From Polyangiales bacterium (GTDB lineage: Bacteria; Myxococcota_A; Polyangia; Polyangiales; JADJQN01): DNA of 64,000 nt. Numbering within the stretch: the first letter of the stretch is position 1; the number at the start of each line of letters is the position of its first letter. The notes under the pieces were generated by a model. The model saw only the letters and a list, made by a program, of their open reading frames with translations. It did no database searches and was not told where the DNA came from. The DNA lies in NCBI GenBank assembly GCA_964202905.1, contig CAXNJO010000016.1:8815-72814 (forward strand). The letters run 5' to 3'. The translations under genes and the position numbers were made by a program. Below are positions 10,035-19,844 of this stretch, in pieces.

Positions 10035-11564
10035 GTGGCTTCCGTGATCGGCGTCGGCACCAAGCTCCGCGACTACGAAATTATCGCGCCACTCCGGGTC
10101 GGGGGCATGGCGACGCTTTTCCTCGGGCGCCGTCAGGGCGCGGCGGGCTTCGCGAAGCTCGTCGCGATCAAGGTCGTGCACCCGCACCTCGCGCGCGAGG
10201 CGCAGTTCGGCCAGATGTTCGTGGACGAGGCGCTCATCTCGTCGCGCATCGAGCACCCGAACGTCGTGCACGTGACGGAGCTCGGCGAGCAGGCAGGCGC
10301 GTATTTCCTCGTGATGGAGTACGTGCACGGCGCGTCGCTGTCGCAGCTCCTCGCGGGTTTGTCGAAGCGCGGTCGGCGGCTCTCGCCGGAGCTCGCGGTG
10401 CACATCGCGGTGCGCGTCGCCGAGGGCCTGCACGCCGCGCACGAGACGCTCGGTGACGACGGCCAGCCGCTGCACGTCGTGCACCGCGACATCAGCCCGC
10501 AGAACGTCCTGCTCTCGGCGCGCGGGCACGTGAAGCTCATCGACTTCGGCATCGCGAAGGCGCGCGGCCGCGTGCAGCAGACGACGACGACGTCGCTCAA
10601 GGGCAAAATCCGCTACATGGCGCCGGAGCAGGCGTTCGGCCGCCCCGTCGATCGGCGCACGGACGTGTACGCGCTCGCGGTCGTGCTCTGGGAGATGCTG
10701 ACGATGCGGCGGATGTTCACCGCCGAGAACGACTTCGCGCTCCTCGACATGGTGCGGAGCCCGAGCCCGCCCCCGCCGAGCACGTACCTCGAAGGCTGCC
10801 CGCCCGCCCTCGACGCCGCCGTCATGCACGCGCTGCGCCCCGACCTCGACCAGCGTACGGCGACTGCGTTCGAGCTGCGCCGCGAGCTCGCGGAGGCGAT
10901 GCCGAGCGCGCTCGCGCTCGACGCGTCGAACCTCGGCGAGATCATCGCGACGGTGCTCGGCAAGGAGCTCGACGAGGAGCGCAAGACGATCACCGCCGCG
11001 CTGCAAGGCACGGGCAGCGTCGAGCTCCCCGCGGCGCGAATTCCGTCGCCCGAGTCGATCGAGAACTACACCGTCAGCGACGGCAGCATCCGCCTCCTGC
11101 CGCCCGATCAGGTCGTCGCGCACGAGGACTCACCGCCCGTGGTGTCGATGCCCGCGGCGCCCACGAGCCACACGCCCGCGGCGACAGCCACGACCCGCGC
11201 CAACATCCCGCGCGCGCTCGTCGCGGCCGCGCTGCTCCTCGCGATCGGCGGAGGCGGCGGGTACGCGGCCCTGAAGCTCTCCGCGCCAGAGCCCTCTCTG
11301 GTGCCCATCGAGGCGACCGCCGCGGCGTCCGCACCGGCACCGGCCGCGCCCGCGCTGGCCGCGCCCGGCACCATCGCCGCCACGCCGCTCGCCGAGCCCC
11401 CGCCCGCGGCCGACGCCGGCTCGCCGCCCGGCGCGACCGGCCTGGCCGAGCCCGCCACGCCCGCTCGCCGCACGAAGACCCGCCGTAACTCGCAGGGTGA
11501 AGGCGCCACCGCCCCCGGCGGTCCGTCCTTCGGCGTGCCCATGGCCGGTTCGTTCGACGACTGA
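10035..11564 (+). CDS. Membrane-anchored Ser/Thr protein kinase
   Basis: GGMA, VAIK, HRDISPQN, DFGIAK, KGKIRYMAPEQ; C-terminal TM helix and Pro/Ala linker. Confidence 0.92.
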   Translation: MASVIGVGTKLRDYEIIAPLRVGGMATLFLGRRQGAAGFAKLVAIKVVHPHLAREAQFGQMFVDEALISSRIEHPNVVHVTELGEQAGAYFLVMEYVHGASLSQLLAGLSKRGRRLSPELAVHIAVRVAEGLHAAHETLGDDGQPLHVVHRDISPQNVLLSARGHVKLIDFGIAKARGRVQQTTTTSLKGKIRYMAPEQAFGRPVDRRTDVYALAVVLWEMLTMRRMFTAENDFALLDMVRSPSPPPPSTYLEGCPPALDAAVMHALRPDLDQRTATAFELRRELAEAMPSALALDASNLGEIIATVLGKELDEERKTITAALQGTGSVELPAARIPSPESIENYTVSDGSIRLLPPDQVVAHEDSPPVVSMPAAPTSHTPAATATTRANIPRALVAAALLLAIGGGGGYAALKLSAPEPSLVPIEATAAASAPAPAAPALAAPGTIAATPLAEPPPAADAGSPPGATGLAEPATPARRTKTRRNSQGEGATAPGGPSFGVPMAGSFDD

Positions 11565-11668
11565 TGGTGTGCCTTGCGCACCCGGCGGCGCTGCGCCTGT
11601 GGCCGTCACCGCGGCGACCCGCGAACGATGCTGCCGGGCCGACCCGCCCTCGTGTTATCCTCGCGCCG

Positions 11669-12541
11669 ATGTCGTCGTACCTCGCGTGCCGGTCGCTCCT
11701 CGCCGCGCTTGCCCTCGCACTCTGCCTCGCGGCGTCGCCCACCGGCCGCGCGCACGCGCAGCGCGCGCCGACCGCGAACGAAACCGCGCTCGCACGGCAG
11801 GAGTTCGACGCCGGGATGCGGTCCGCGCGCGACGCCCGCTGGGAGGAGGCGCGCCAGCACTTCGCGCGCTCGCACGAGCTCGCGCCGCGCCCCGTCACGC
11901 TGCTCAACCTGGCGGGCGCGCAGGCGCAGACGGGCCAGCTCGTGGCCGCGACCGAGAGCTACCGGCGCTTCCTCGCGACCGCGACGGAACGCGACAAGGC
12001 GCGCTACCGCGAGGAGGTCGAGCGCGCGCTCACCGCAGCCGACGCGCGCATCGGCCGCGCGGAGTTGCAGGTCACCGGCCTCGGCGAGTCCGACGCCGTG
12101 CAACTCGACGGCGCGCCGATCTCGCGGGCCAGCCTCGCGCTCGCGCTCCCGCTCGATCCGGGCGATCACGTGATCACCGTGCTGCGTGACGGAGCCGAGG
12201 TCGGCCGCACAGCGTTCACGGTCCGCGAGGGTGGCTCGAGCCCTGTGCGCCTCGACGTCCCGCCCCCACCCGTCGCCGCCGTGCCGAGCCCGGAGGACGC
12301 CGCGCGCGGCGTGGCACTCGACTCGCCGCGCGATGGCGCGCCGCCGTCCACGCGCCCCGACACGAATCGCCGCGACGAGGCCGACGAGGGCGGCGGCCTC
12401 CTCAGTTCCCCCTGGTTCTGGCTCGTGACGGGCGTCGTCGTCGCCGGCGCCGCGACGGCCACCGTGCTGCTCGTCACGCAGGACAGCCCGGCAGATCCCT
12501 TCCAGGGGACGCTCATGCCCGGCTCGATCGTCGTCGACTGA
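11669..12541 (+). CDS. TPR + PEGA-like domain membrane protein
   Basis: Signal peptide, TPR-like ARQEFDAG...LLNLAGAQAQTG, PEGA-like VQLDG...LDPGDHVITV, C-terminal TM SSPWFWLVTGVVVAG. Confidence 0.75.
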   Translation: MSSYLACRSLLAALALALCLAASPTGRAHAQRAPTANETALARQEFDAGMRSARDARWEEARQHFARSHELAPRPVTLLNLAGAQAQTGQLVAATESYRRFLATATERDKARYREEVERALTAADARIGRAELQVTGLGESDAVQLDGAPISRASLALALPLDPGDHVITVLRDGAEVGRTAFTVREGGSSPVRLDVPPPPVAAVPSPEDAARGVALDSPRDGAPPSTRPDTNRRDEADEGGGLLSSPWFWLVTGVVVAGAATATVLLVTQDSPADPFQGTLMPGSIVVD

Positions 12542-12581
12542 TCGCCGCGCCCGACGAACGCCACGCCTCCGGGCAGGCCCC

Positions 12582-13526
12582 TCAGTCGCCGCGCTTCTTC
12601 GCCGCCGACGCCGCGCGCGCCGCGGTGCGCTGCCGGGCCTCGTGCTTGGCCGCAACGGCCTGCCGGCGCCGCGCGACGACCGAGTCCGTCGGCTTGCGAC
12701 CGGGCAGCGGCGCCTGCTCGGCGTGGTGCTCGTCGAACGCGCCCGGCACGACGCCGAGCTCGAAGATCGCGATCTCGCGGCGCCCGCGTTCGCCCAGCCG
12801 CAGCGGCAGCACGGCCGCGCCGATCCCCGCGCCCACGTAGACGGCCCCGTGCGGGGCCTCGCCGGTGCGCCGCGTCCCATAGAGCCCGTGCACGTAGCGG
12901 TGCCCCGCGAGCTTGCCGATCGCGAGTTCGTGCAGCCGCGCGAACGTCACCTGCCCCGCGTGGGTGTGGCCCGAGAGCACGAGCGGCACGCCGGCCGCCC
13001 AGAGCGCGTCGGCCTCCTCCGCGATGTGCGAGAGGCCAAGCATCGGCAGGTCGCGGCGCAGCCCGGCGAGCGCGGCCCGGCGATCGGCGTGCCCCGTGTA
13101 CGCGTCGTCGAGGCCGAGGATCTGCAGCCGTTCGCCGCGTACGGTGAGCGTCGTGTGCGCGTTGTCGAGCACCTCCACCCGGGCCCGCGCGAGCGCGCGC
13201 CGCACCTCGGCCGCGCCCGACCAGTAGTCGTGGTTGCCGAGCACGCCGATGACCGGCGCCGCGAAACGACCGACCACGTCCGCGAGCTCATCCAGGTAGC
13301 GCTGGCTGTGGCAGACGAAATCCCCCGTGATGACCACGAGGTCGGGTGACTCCGCGTTCGTCGCCTCGACGGCCGCGTACTGCACCTTCATCGGTGTCAC
13401 GCGACCGACGTGGAGATCGGTGAGGTGCGCGACACGGAGCGGACGCGCGCCGAAGCGCTCGACGTACGCGGAGGGCCCCGCGAACCTCCGCACCTCGAGG
13501 CCGAGCGTCGACGGGATGGGAGCCAC
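12582..13526 (-). CDS. Metallophosphoesterase (calcineurin-like)
   Basis: HLTDLH, ITGDFV, GNHD, LSH, SGHTHAGQ. Confidence 0.9.
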   Translation of the reverse strand: MAPIPSTLGLEVRRFAGPSAYVERFGARPLRVAHLTDLHVGRVTPMKVQYAAVEATNAESPDLVVITGDFVCHSQRYLDELADVVGRFAAPVIGVLGNHDYWSGAAEVRRALARARVEVLDNAHTTLTVRGERLQILGLDDAYTGHADRRAALAGLRRDLPMLGLSHIAEEADALWAAGVPLVLSGHTHAGQVTFARLHELAIGKLAGHRYVHGLYGTRRTGEAPHGAVYVGAGIGAAVLPLRLGERGRREIAIFELGVVPGAFDEHHAEQAPLPGRKPTDSVVARRRQAVAAKHEARQRTAARAASAAKKRGD

Positions 13527-13613
13527 CGGCGCAGACTGTAGCGTCGGCGCCGTCGCGCCGCACCCCGCGCCCGGGGCACGCGCCCCGCCGCGCGCGGGGC
13601 CGAGTCGTCGCGG

Positions 13614-16600
13614 CTACGCGCCTTCGCGCAGCAGCGCGACCAGTTCGTCGACGTCGAGGGCTGCGCCCGCGTGCGTCCCCTCGAGCACGCCAGCGGCGAG
13701 CGCGCGCTTGCGGGCGTGCATCGCGAGGACGCGCTGCTCGATCGTGCCCTGCGACACGAGGCGCACCGCGGTCACCGGGCGCTCCTGTCCGATGCGATGC
13801 GCTCGGTCCGTCGCCTGGTCCTCGACCGCGGGATTCCACCAGGGATCGAGGTGCACGACCCAGTCGGCCGCGGTGAGGTTGAGCCCGGTGCCGCCCGCCT
13901 TGCGCGAGATGAGGAACACGCGCTGCGCGCCCGCCTGCCACGCGGCGACGAGGCGCGCGCGCTCCTTCGCGGGGGTCGAGCCGTCGAGCCGCAGCGCCTC
14001 GATGCCGTGCTCGTCGAGCGCGAGTCCGACCCGATCGAGATACGAGGTGAACTCGCTGAACACGAGCGCGCGCCCGCCGCTGCCGCGCACATCCTCGAGC
14101 ACGTCGAGCAGCGCGGCGGTCTTCGAGGAGATGCCCGTCTCGCGGCGCAGCACGAGCGCCGGATCGCACGCGAGCAGCCGCAGGCGCGTGATCGCGGCGA
14201 GCACCGCGAAGCGCGCGCGCCCCTCGAGCGCGCCCGACCGACCGAGCGCCGCGAGCGCGTTGAGGCGCTCAGCCTCGTACACCTTGCGCTCGCCCTCTGC
14301 GAGCTCGACGGGGCGCACCAGCTCGGTGCGCGGGGGCAGCTCCGGCGCGACCTGATCCTTGCGGCGCCGCAGGAGAAAGGGCGCGACGAGCCGCGCGAGG
14401 GCGGCGCGACGCCCCTCGTCGGCGTGGCGCTCGATCGGGGACGCGTAGCGCGTGCGGAACTGCTCCGCCGAGCCGAGCAGGCCGGGCGCGAGGACGTCGA
14501 AGAGGCTCCACAGCTCGCCGAGGCGGTTCTCGATCGGCGTACCCGTGAGCGCGACGCGGAAGCGCGCGCCGATCGCGCGCACGGCCATCGCGCGCTGCGT
14601 GCCGGCGTTCTTGATGGCCTGCGCCTCGTCGACGATCAGCGTCGCGAACGCGTCCTGCTCGAGGGCCTCGCGATCGAGGGTCGCGACGTCGTAGCTCGCG
14701 ACGAGCACGTCGCCCGGGCCGAGCCCGACACGCTGCGCGCCGCGCTCGGCGCCACGGTAGGCGAGGACGCGCAGCGAGGGCGCGAACCGGGCCGCCTCGT
14801 CCACCCAGTTGTCGCAGACGGAGGTCGGCGCGATCACGAGCGCAGGTCCCTCGGCGGCGCGGTGCAGCAACAGCGCGAGCGCCTGCGGCGTCTTGCCGAG
14901 GCCCATGTCGTCCGCGAGGCAGGCGCCGGGCGCCCAGCCCGCGAGCCGCACGAGCCACTCGAAACCCTCGCGCTGGTAGGCGCGCAGCGCGCCGCCGAAG
15001 CCCGCCGGCACAGGCGTCGGCGGCGCCTCGTGGGCGGCCAGATACCGGTCGCGCAGCGCGCCGAACGCGAGATCGCCGACGACGAAACGCGCGCCGCCCG
15101 CGGCTTCGACGAGCGGCTCGGCCGCGAGCGCGGGGGCCGTCGTGCGGCCGCCGCTCGACGCGGTCAGCTCGGCGAGCCGCTCGAGACGCGTGCGCAGCTC
15201 GTCCTCGAGCAACACGAATTGATCGCCCTCGACGCGCACGTAGCGCCGCCGCTCACGGACCGCAGCGAGCAGCTCCGCGAGCGCGACCACGCGCCCGTCC
15301 ACGCTCACGCCGCCCGAGAGATCGAGCCAGTCCGCGGCCGTCGCGATGGTGATCGAGAGGGTCGCGGCGCCCACGCGCCCAGCGAACGCGCGACGCTCGC
15401 CGCGCAGCCACTCGACGTCGAGCGCGTCTGCCAGCTCCGGGGCGCCGCGCACGAGCTCGAGCTGCGTGTCGAGCTCGGCGATGCGCCACACGCCCGCGGC
15501 GACGCGATCGCCCTCGCGCAGCCCGAGCTGCACCGCGAGGCGCTCCGCGAGCGCGCGCTCCGCCTCGAGGTCGCGCTCCACGTACACGCGCCCCTCGGCG
15601 AGAACACCGCGCACGGTCGACTCGCCCTCGCCGGGCACGAGCGCCGCGCCGTCGCCGAGCGGGTCCGCGAGCAGCCGCGCCTCGAGCAGCTCGCCCTCGA
15701 GCCTGAGCCGCAGCGTCAGGCGCGCACGCGGCGCCTGCGCCTGCCCGCGCAGCGAGGGCGGCAGCGCGACCGACACGACGCGAGAGAGCGTCCGGAGCGC
15801 CGCATCGAGCCGCGGCACCGAGGCGAGCGGCACCGTGGTCGCGCCGAGCTGCGCGAGCGTCCGCAACAGGTCTGCGGCGGGCGCCGCGAGCGGCGCGACG
15901 AGGAGTTCCCGGCGCGCGGCCGCGTGCACGACGAGGCACGCACCGCCCACGAAGCAGCCTTCGAGCGCGCGCGCATCGAGCGCCGCACCGCCGAGGCGCA
16001 GCCCGATCTCCGCGCCCTCCGGCACGTCCGCGACGCGCAGTTCGAGCGTGGCGCGGCGCACGAACAGCGGCGCGTCGGTGGCGTCGTCGACCACGCGCGG
16101 GTGCCCGACGAGCGCGGCCGCGCGGCGCGGGCTCGTCGCGTAGGTGAGCGACTCGGCGTCGAGCAGCGCGTCCTGACCGCCGAGCGCGTCGACGAAGGCG
16201 ACGTCCGCGGCGTCGCGCAGGGCGAGCCGCTCGAGATCGCGCACGCGCTCGACGCGCGAGCCCCGCGTCCACTTGTCCGGGACCTTGCGCCGCTGCACGA
16301 AGGTCTGGAACCCCTCGACCTGCGCGCCCCGCGTCCGCACGCGGAAGGCCAGCCGGACACGCGCCGACTCGCCCTCGTCGGCGATCTCCGCGGCGACTCC
16401 GTCGAGCGCGACGAGCAGCCGCTCCCACGCGGGGGCACGAAGCGCGGCGACCGCACGCGCGTGCAGCGGATGCGCGCGATCGTGGAGAATCTCGAGCGCC
16501 ACGGCGGTGAGCGCGCCCTCCGCGCGCAGGGCCGAGGCGATGCTCGGCGGCGAGAGGTCGACCCCGAGCACGTCGAGGGCGGAGAACGTCGGCGCGTCCC

Positions 16601-17162
16601 GCTCGCCGTCGAGAGCGAGCGCGAGCGTCGCGAGCACGCGCTGGCCGCTGCCCGCCGGGTCGATCAGCGCGAGCGCGGGCGTCGCGTCGTCGAGCTGGAT
16701 CTCGAGGGTCCCGCGCTCGGGGAGCGCGCGCAGCGCCTCCCGCGGGAGCTGCATCGCCCGCTCGCGGAGAGCCCGCGCGATCCGCGCGACGGGCACCGGC
16801 GCGGGGGCATCCCAGCAGCGCTCGCGGACCTCGAACGCACGCTCCCGGCCGAGGGCCCGGGCCAGCGCGTCGCCGACGGACGCGAGTGCGGCGCGGCGCC
16901 CGTGCGAGACGAGCCCCGTCCCGCCGTCGAACTGGAGCGCCTCGCGCACCGTGACGGCCCGCCCGCGCACATCGGGCCAGTGCCCTGCGAAGAACCCGCC
17001 CACGGGCCGCTCGAGCAGGTCGTCGAGGCCCGCCTGCGAGAGCGCGGGCAGCAGCGCGGCGCCGCGCTCCGGGGCGGGCGCGGGTGGACGCAGGACGATG
17101 CGGTCCGAGGGCGCGGGGGCGCTCGGCAGGCGCCGCACGCGCTCGGGATCGTCGTTTTTCAC
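13614..17162 (-). CDS. SNF2/SWI2 family helicase/ATPase
   Basis: LADDMGLGKT, IVDEAQAIKN, LTGTPIEN, SRKAGGTGLNLT, QATDRAHRIGQ; start trimmed to GTG 17162 because the longer ORF overlaps aguA. Confidence 0.9.
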   Translation of the reverse strand: MKNDDPERVRRLPSAPAPSDRIVLRPPAPAPERGAALLPALSQAGLDDLLERPVGGFFAGHWPDVRGRAVTVREALQFDGGTGLVSHGRRAALASVGDALARALGRERAFEVRERCWDAPAPVPVARIARALRERAMQLPREALRALPERGTLEIQLDDATPALALIDPAGSGQRVLATLALALDGERDAPTFSALDVLGVDLSPPSIASALRAEGALTAVALEILHDRAHPLHARAVAALRAPAWERLLVALDGVAAEIADEGESARVRLAFRVRTRGAQVEGFQTFVQRRKVPDKWTRGSRVERVRDLERLALRDAADVAFVDALGGQDALLDAESLTYATSPRRAAALVGHPRVVDDATDAPLFVRRATLELRVADVPEGAEIGLRLGGAALDARALEGCFVGGACLVVHAAARRELLVAPLAAPAADLLRTLAQLGATTVPLASVPRLDAALRTLSRVVSVALPPSLRGQAQAPRARLTLRLRLEGELLEARLLADPLGDGAALVPGEGESTVRGVLAEGRVYVERDLEAERALAERLAVQLGLREGDRVAAGVWRIAELDTQLELVRGAPELADALDVEWLRGERRAFAGRVGAATLSITIATAADWLDLSGGVSVDGRVVALAELLAAVRERRRYVRVEGDQFVLLEDELRTRLERLAELTASSGGRTTAPALAAEPLVEAAGGARFVVGDLAFGALRDRYLAAHEAPPTPVPAGFGGALRAYQREGFEWLVRLAGWAPGACLADDMGLGKTPQALALLLHRAAEGPALVIAPTSVCDNWVDEAARFAPSLRVLAYRGAERGAQRVGLGPGDVLVASYDVATLDREALEQDAFATLIVDEAQAIKNAGTQRAMAVRAIGARFRVALTGTPIENRLGELWSLFDVLAPGLLGSAEQFRTRYASPIERHADEGRRAALARLVAPFLLRRRKDQVAPELPPRTELVRPVELAEGERKVYEAERLNALAALGRSGALEGRARFAVLAAITRLRLLACDPALVLRRETGISSKTAALLDVLEDVRGSGGRALVFSEFTSYLDRVGLALDEHGIEALRLDGSTPAKERARLVAAWQAGAQRVFLISRKAGGTGLNLTAADWVVHLDPWWNPAVEDQATDRAHRIGQERPVTAVRLVSQGTIEQRVLAMHARKRALAAGVLEGTHAGAALDVDELVALLREGA

Positions 17163-17300
17163 GGGGCGAAAGCATAGCCCCTGCGCGCGAAAAGGCAGCC
17201 CGCGGCGCGTCGATCGTCCACGACGGCGCGCGCGACGCCCCCGCGTCGTCACCGCACCGCGCTGGATCGCGCCGCGTGTCCGCGTCATATCCCGCCTCTC

Positions 17301-18353
17301 ATGACGAGCAACACGCCGCGCCACGTGCAGCCCGCCGAGTGGGCGCCCCACGATTCCGTCTGGCTCGCCTGGCCGAGCCACGCGGACCTCTGGCAGGAGG
17401 CGCTCCCCGACGCGCGCGCGTCGTTCGTGGCGCTCGCGCGCGGCATCGCGGACCTCGACGGCGCAGGCCGCGCCCGGGGCGAGCGCCTCGAGGTGCTCGT
17501 CCCCGACGCCGCGAACGAATCCGAGGCGCAGGCCGCGCTCTCGGGGCTCCCGGTGCGCCTGCACCGCATCCCCTTCGGCGACATCTGGATGCGCGACATC
17601 GCGCCGATCTTCGTCCACGCGCCGGACGGCTCGGTCGCCCCCGCGCGCTTCCGCTTCAACGGCTGGGGCGGCAAATACGTGTTGCCGCACGACGCCGACG
17701 TCGCCGCGCACGTCGCGCGCGCGTCGGGCCTGCCCACGCTCGTGCACGACTTCGTCCTCGAGGGCGGCTCGGTCGAGGTCGACGGCGAAGGCACGATCCT
17801 CACGAGCGAGCAGTGCCTGCTCAACCCCAACCGCAACCCCACGCTCGACCGCGCCGCCATCGAGCGCGCGCTCTGTGCCTCGCTCGGCGGCACGAAGGTC
17901 CTCTGGGTCACCGAGGGCCTTCGCAACGACCACACCGACGGTCACATCGACACGATCGCGCGCTACGTCGCGCCCGGCGTCGTCGCCGTCATGGACCCCG
18001 CGGGCGACGACGACCCCAACGCCGACGTGCTCCGCCGGATCGCCGCCGAGCTCGAGGGGCAGACGGACGCCGCGGGCCGACGCCTCCGCGTCGCGCGCAT
18101 CCCCTCACCGGGCGCCGTGCCCGACGAGGACGGCGAACCGATGCCCGCGAGCCACGTGAATTTCTACATCGCCAACACGACCGTGATCGTGCCGACGTAC
18201 GGCACCGCCACGGCCGCAGCCGCCGTCGCCGCCGTGGGCGCGCTCTTCCCGGGGCGTCGCGCGATCGGCATCGACGCCAAGGCGATCCTCGAGGGAGGCG
18301 GCGCCTTCCACTGCATCAGCCAGCAGCAGCCCGCAGGAAAGGAGCGCGCGTGA
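17301..18353 (+). CDS. aguA: Agmatine deiminase
   Basis: PAEWAPH, DIWMRD, FNGWGGKY, LEGGSVEVDGEG, DHTDGHID, GGGAFHCISQQQP. Confidence 0.93.
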   Translation: MTSNTPRHVQPAEWAPHDSVWLAWPSHADLWQEALPDARASFVALARGIADLDGAGRARGERLEVLVPDAANESEAQAALSGLPVRLHRIPFGDIWMRDIAPIFVHAPDGSVAPARFRFNGWGGKYVLPHDADVAAHVARASGLPTLVHDFVLEGGSVEVDGEGTILTSEQCLLNPNRNPTLDRAAIERALCASLGGTKVLWVTEGLRNDHTDGHIDTIARYVAPGVVAVMDPAGDDDPNADVLRRIAAELEGQTDAAGRRLRVARIPSPGAVPDEDGEPMPASHVNFYIANTTVIVPTYGTATAAAAVAAVGALFPGRRAIGIDAKAILEGGGAFHCISQQQPAGKERA

Positions 18354-19246
18354 TGCCCACGAAGCGCGAGGTCACGGTCGCCGTCATCCAGTGTCCGCTC
18401 GGCGATTCCGTCGCGGAGAACGTCGCCCGCGTCGAGCGCCACGTGCGCGACGCCGCTGCCCGCGGCGCGCAGATCGTCTTGCCGAGCGAGCTCTTCGAGG
18501 GCCCGTATTTCTGCACGCATCAAGAGGAGTCGGAGCTGCTGCGCGCGCGCGCCTTCGAGGGCCACCCGACGATCGCGCGGTTCGCGGACCTCGCGCGGGA
18601 GCTCGGCGTGGTGATCCCGGTCTCGTACTTCGAGCGCGCGGGGCAGGCGACCTACAACAGCCTCGCGGTGATCGACGCGGACGGCGCGGTCCTCGGCAAC
18701 TACCGCAAGAGCCACATCCCCGACGGACCGGGGTACATGGAGAAGTTCTACTTCCGGCCGGGTGACACGGGCTTCCGCGTCTGGGACACGCGCTTCGGTC
18801 GGATCGGCGTCGGCATCTGCTGGGACCAGTGGTACCCCGAGTGCGCGCGGGCGATGATGCTGCGCGGCGCCGAGCTGTTGCTCTACCCGACGGCGATCGG
18901 CAGCGAGCCGCACGACGGCGCGCTCGACACACGCGACCCGTGGCAGCGCGCCATGATCGGGCACGCGGTGTCCAACGTCGTCCCCGTCTGCGCGGCGAAC
19001 CGCATCGGCACCGAGCAGTTCGGCGACGCCCCCCCGCAGTCGTTCTACGGCTCGTCCTTCTGCGCCGATCACCGCGGCGACAAGCGCGCGGAGCTCGGGC
19101 GCACCGAGGAGGGCGCCGCGCTCGCGACCTTCGATCTCGGCTTCACGAACAGCCACCGCGGCGCGTGGGGCTTCTTCCGTGACCGCCGCACCGACCTCTA
19201 CGACGTCCTGCTCACCGGCGACGGTCGCACCCCACGGCCCCGCTGA
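18353..19246 (+). CDS. aguB: N-carbamoylputrescine amidase
   Basis: Nitrilase triad: ELFEGPYFC, YRKSHIPDGPGYMEKFYF, GICWDQWYPE; coupled to aguA (TGATG). Confidence 0.93.
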   Translation: MPTKREVTVAVIQCPLGDSVAENVARVERHVRDAAARGAQIVLPSELFEGPYFCTHQEESELLRARAFEGHPTIARFADLARELGVVIPVSYFERAGQATYNSLAVIDADGAVLGNYRKSHIPDGPGYMEKFYFRPGDTGFRVWDTRFGRIGVGICWDQWYPECARAMMLRGAELLLYPTAIGSEPHDGALDTRDPWQRAMIGHAVSNVVPVCAANRIGTEQFGDAPPQSFYGSSFCADHRGDKRAELGRTEEGAALATFDLGFTNSHRGAWGFFRDRRTDLYDVLLTGDGRTPRPR

Positions 19247-19264
19247 CGATCTTCGGCCCCCTGA

Positions 19265-19293
19265 TTGTCAAAGGCGGAATCCTCCGCTAGCTT
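19265..19293 (+). promoter_or_regulatory. Sigma70-like promoter of the flgC-like gene
   Basis: TTGTCA-N17-TAGCTT, followed by AAGGAG RBS and ATG 19321. Confidence 0.55.
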
Positions 19294-19320
19294 CGATTGG
19301 TTCACGCAAGGAGTGCCTCC

Positions 19321-19674
19321 ATGCAGCTTCGCGGTGCCACCTCCACGGTCTCGGCGATCACGGCGGAATCGATCCGCCTCGACGTCACGGCCGACAACGT
19401 CGCCAACGTCTCAACCGACGGCTATCGCGCCAAGCGCGTGACCAACGAAGCGACGATCAACGGCGGCATCCGCCCGCGCATCGATCAGCCGCCGCCGCCC
19501 CCGCCCTCCCCGACGACGCTCGAGGCCGATGGCCGCGAGCGCGTGTTGTCGAACGTGAACATTGGCGCGGAGGTCACCTCGCGCGTGATCGCGCAGCGCT
19601 CGTTCGAGGCCAACCTCCAGGTGTTGAAGACGAGCGACGAGATGACGCAGTCGCTCATTCGCACGAAGGCCTGA
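19321..19674 (+). CDS. Orphan flagellar basal-body rod protein (FlgC/FlgB-like axial protein)
   Basis: N-terminal RLDVTADNVANVSTDGY and C-terminal SNVNIGAEV...AQRSFEANLQVLKTSDEM rod signatures; 117 aa. Confidence 0.8.
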   Translation: MQLRGATSTVSAITAESIRLDVTADNVANVSTDGYRAKRVTNEATINGGIRPRIDQPPPPPPSPTTLEADGRERVLSNVNIGAEVTSRVIAQRSFEANLQVLKTSDEMTQSLIRTKA

Positions 19675-19710
19675 CGACCACTCGTCCCGGCACTTCGGCG
19701 ACGACCACGA

Positions 19711-19742
19711 GGGCACGCGAGTCGTCTCGCGTGCCCTTCTTC
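19711..19742 (+). terminator. Intrinsic terminator-like hairpin after the flgC-like gene
   Basis: gggcacgcga-gtcgtc-tcgcgtgccc 10-bp stem followed by ttcttc. Confidence 0.6.
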
Positions 19743-19795
19743 GTGGGGCGCCTCGCGAGTCGTCTCGCGTGCCCTTCTTCGTGGGGCGCCTCGCG
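19716..19795. repeat. 38-bp exact tandem duplication
   Basis: cgcgagtcgtctcgcgtgcccttcttcgtggggcgcct at 19716 and 19754. Confidence 0.9.
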
Positions 19796-19844
19796 CGGGA
19801 CGCGAAACGTCCGGCTGCGCGACGTGGTCCGGGGCGTGCGGCGA

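Noticed and set aside
12582..17162. SNF2 helicase + metallophosphoesterase as an anti-phage system
   Set aside because: Each gene has its own promoter-like signal; both are common stand-alone families; no methylase, nuclease or island context
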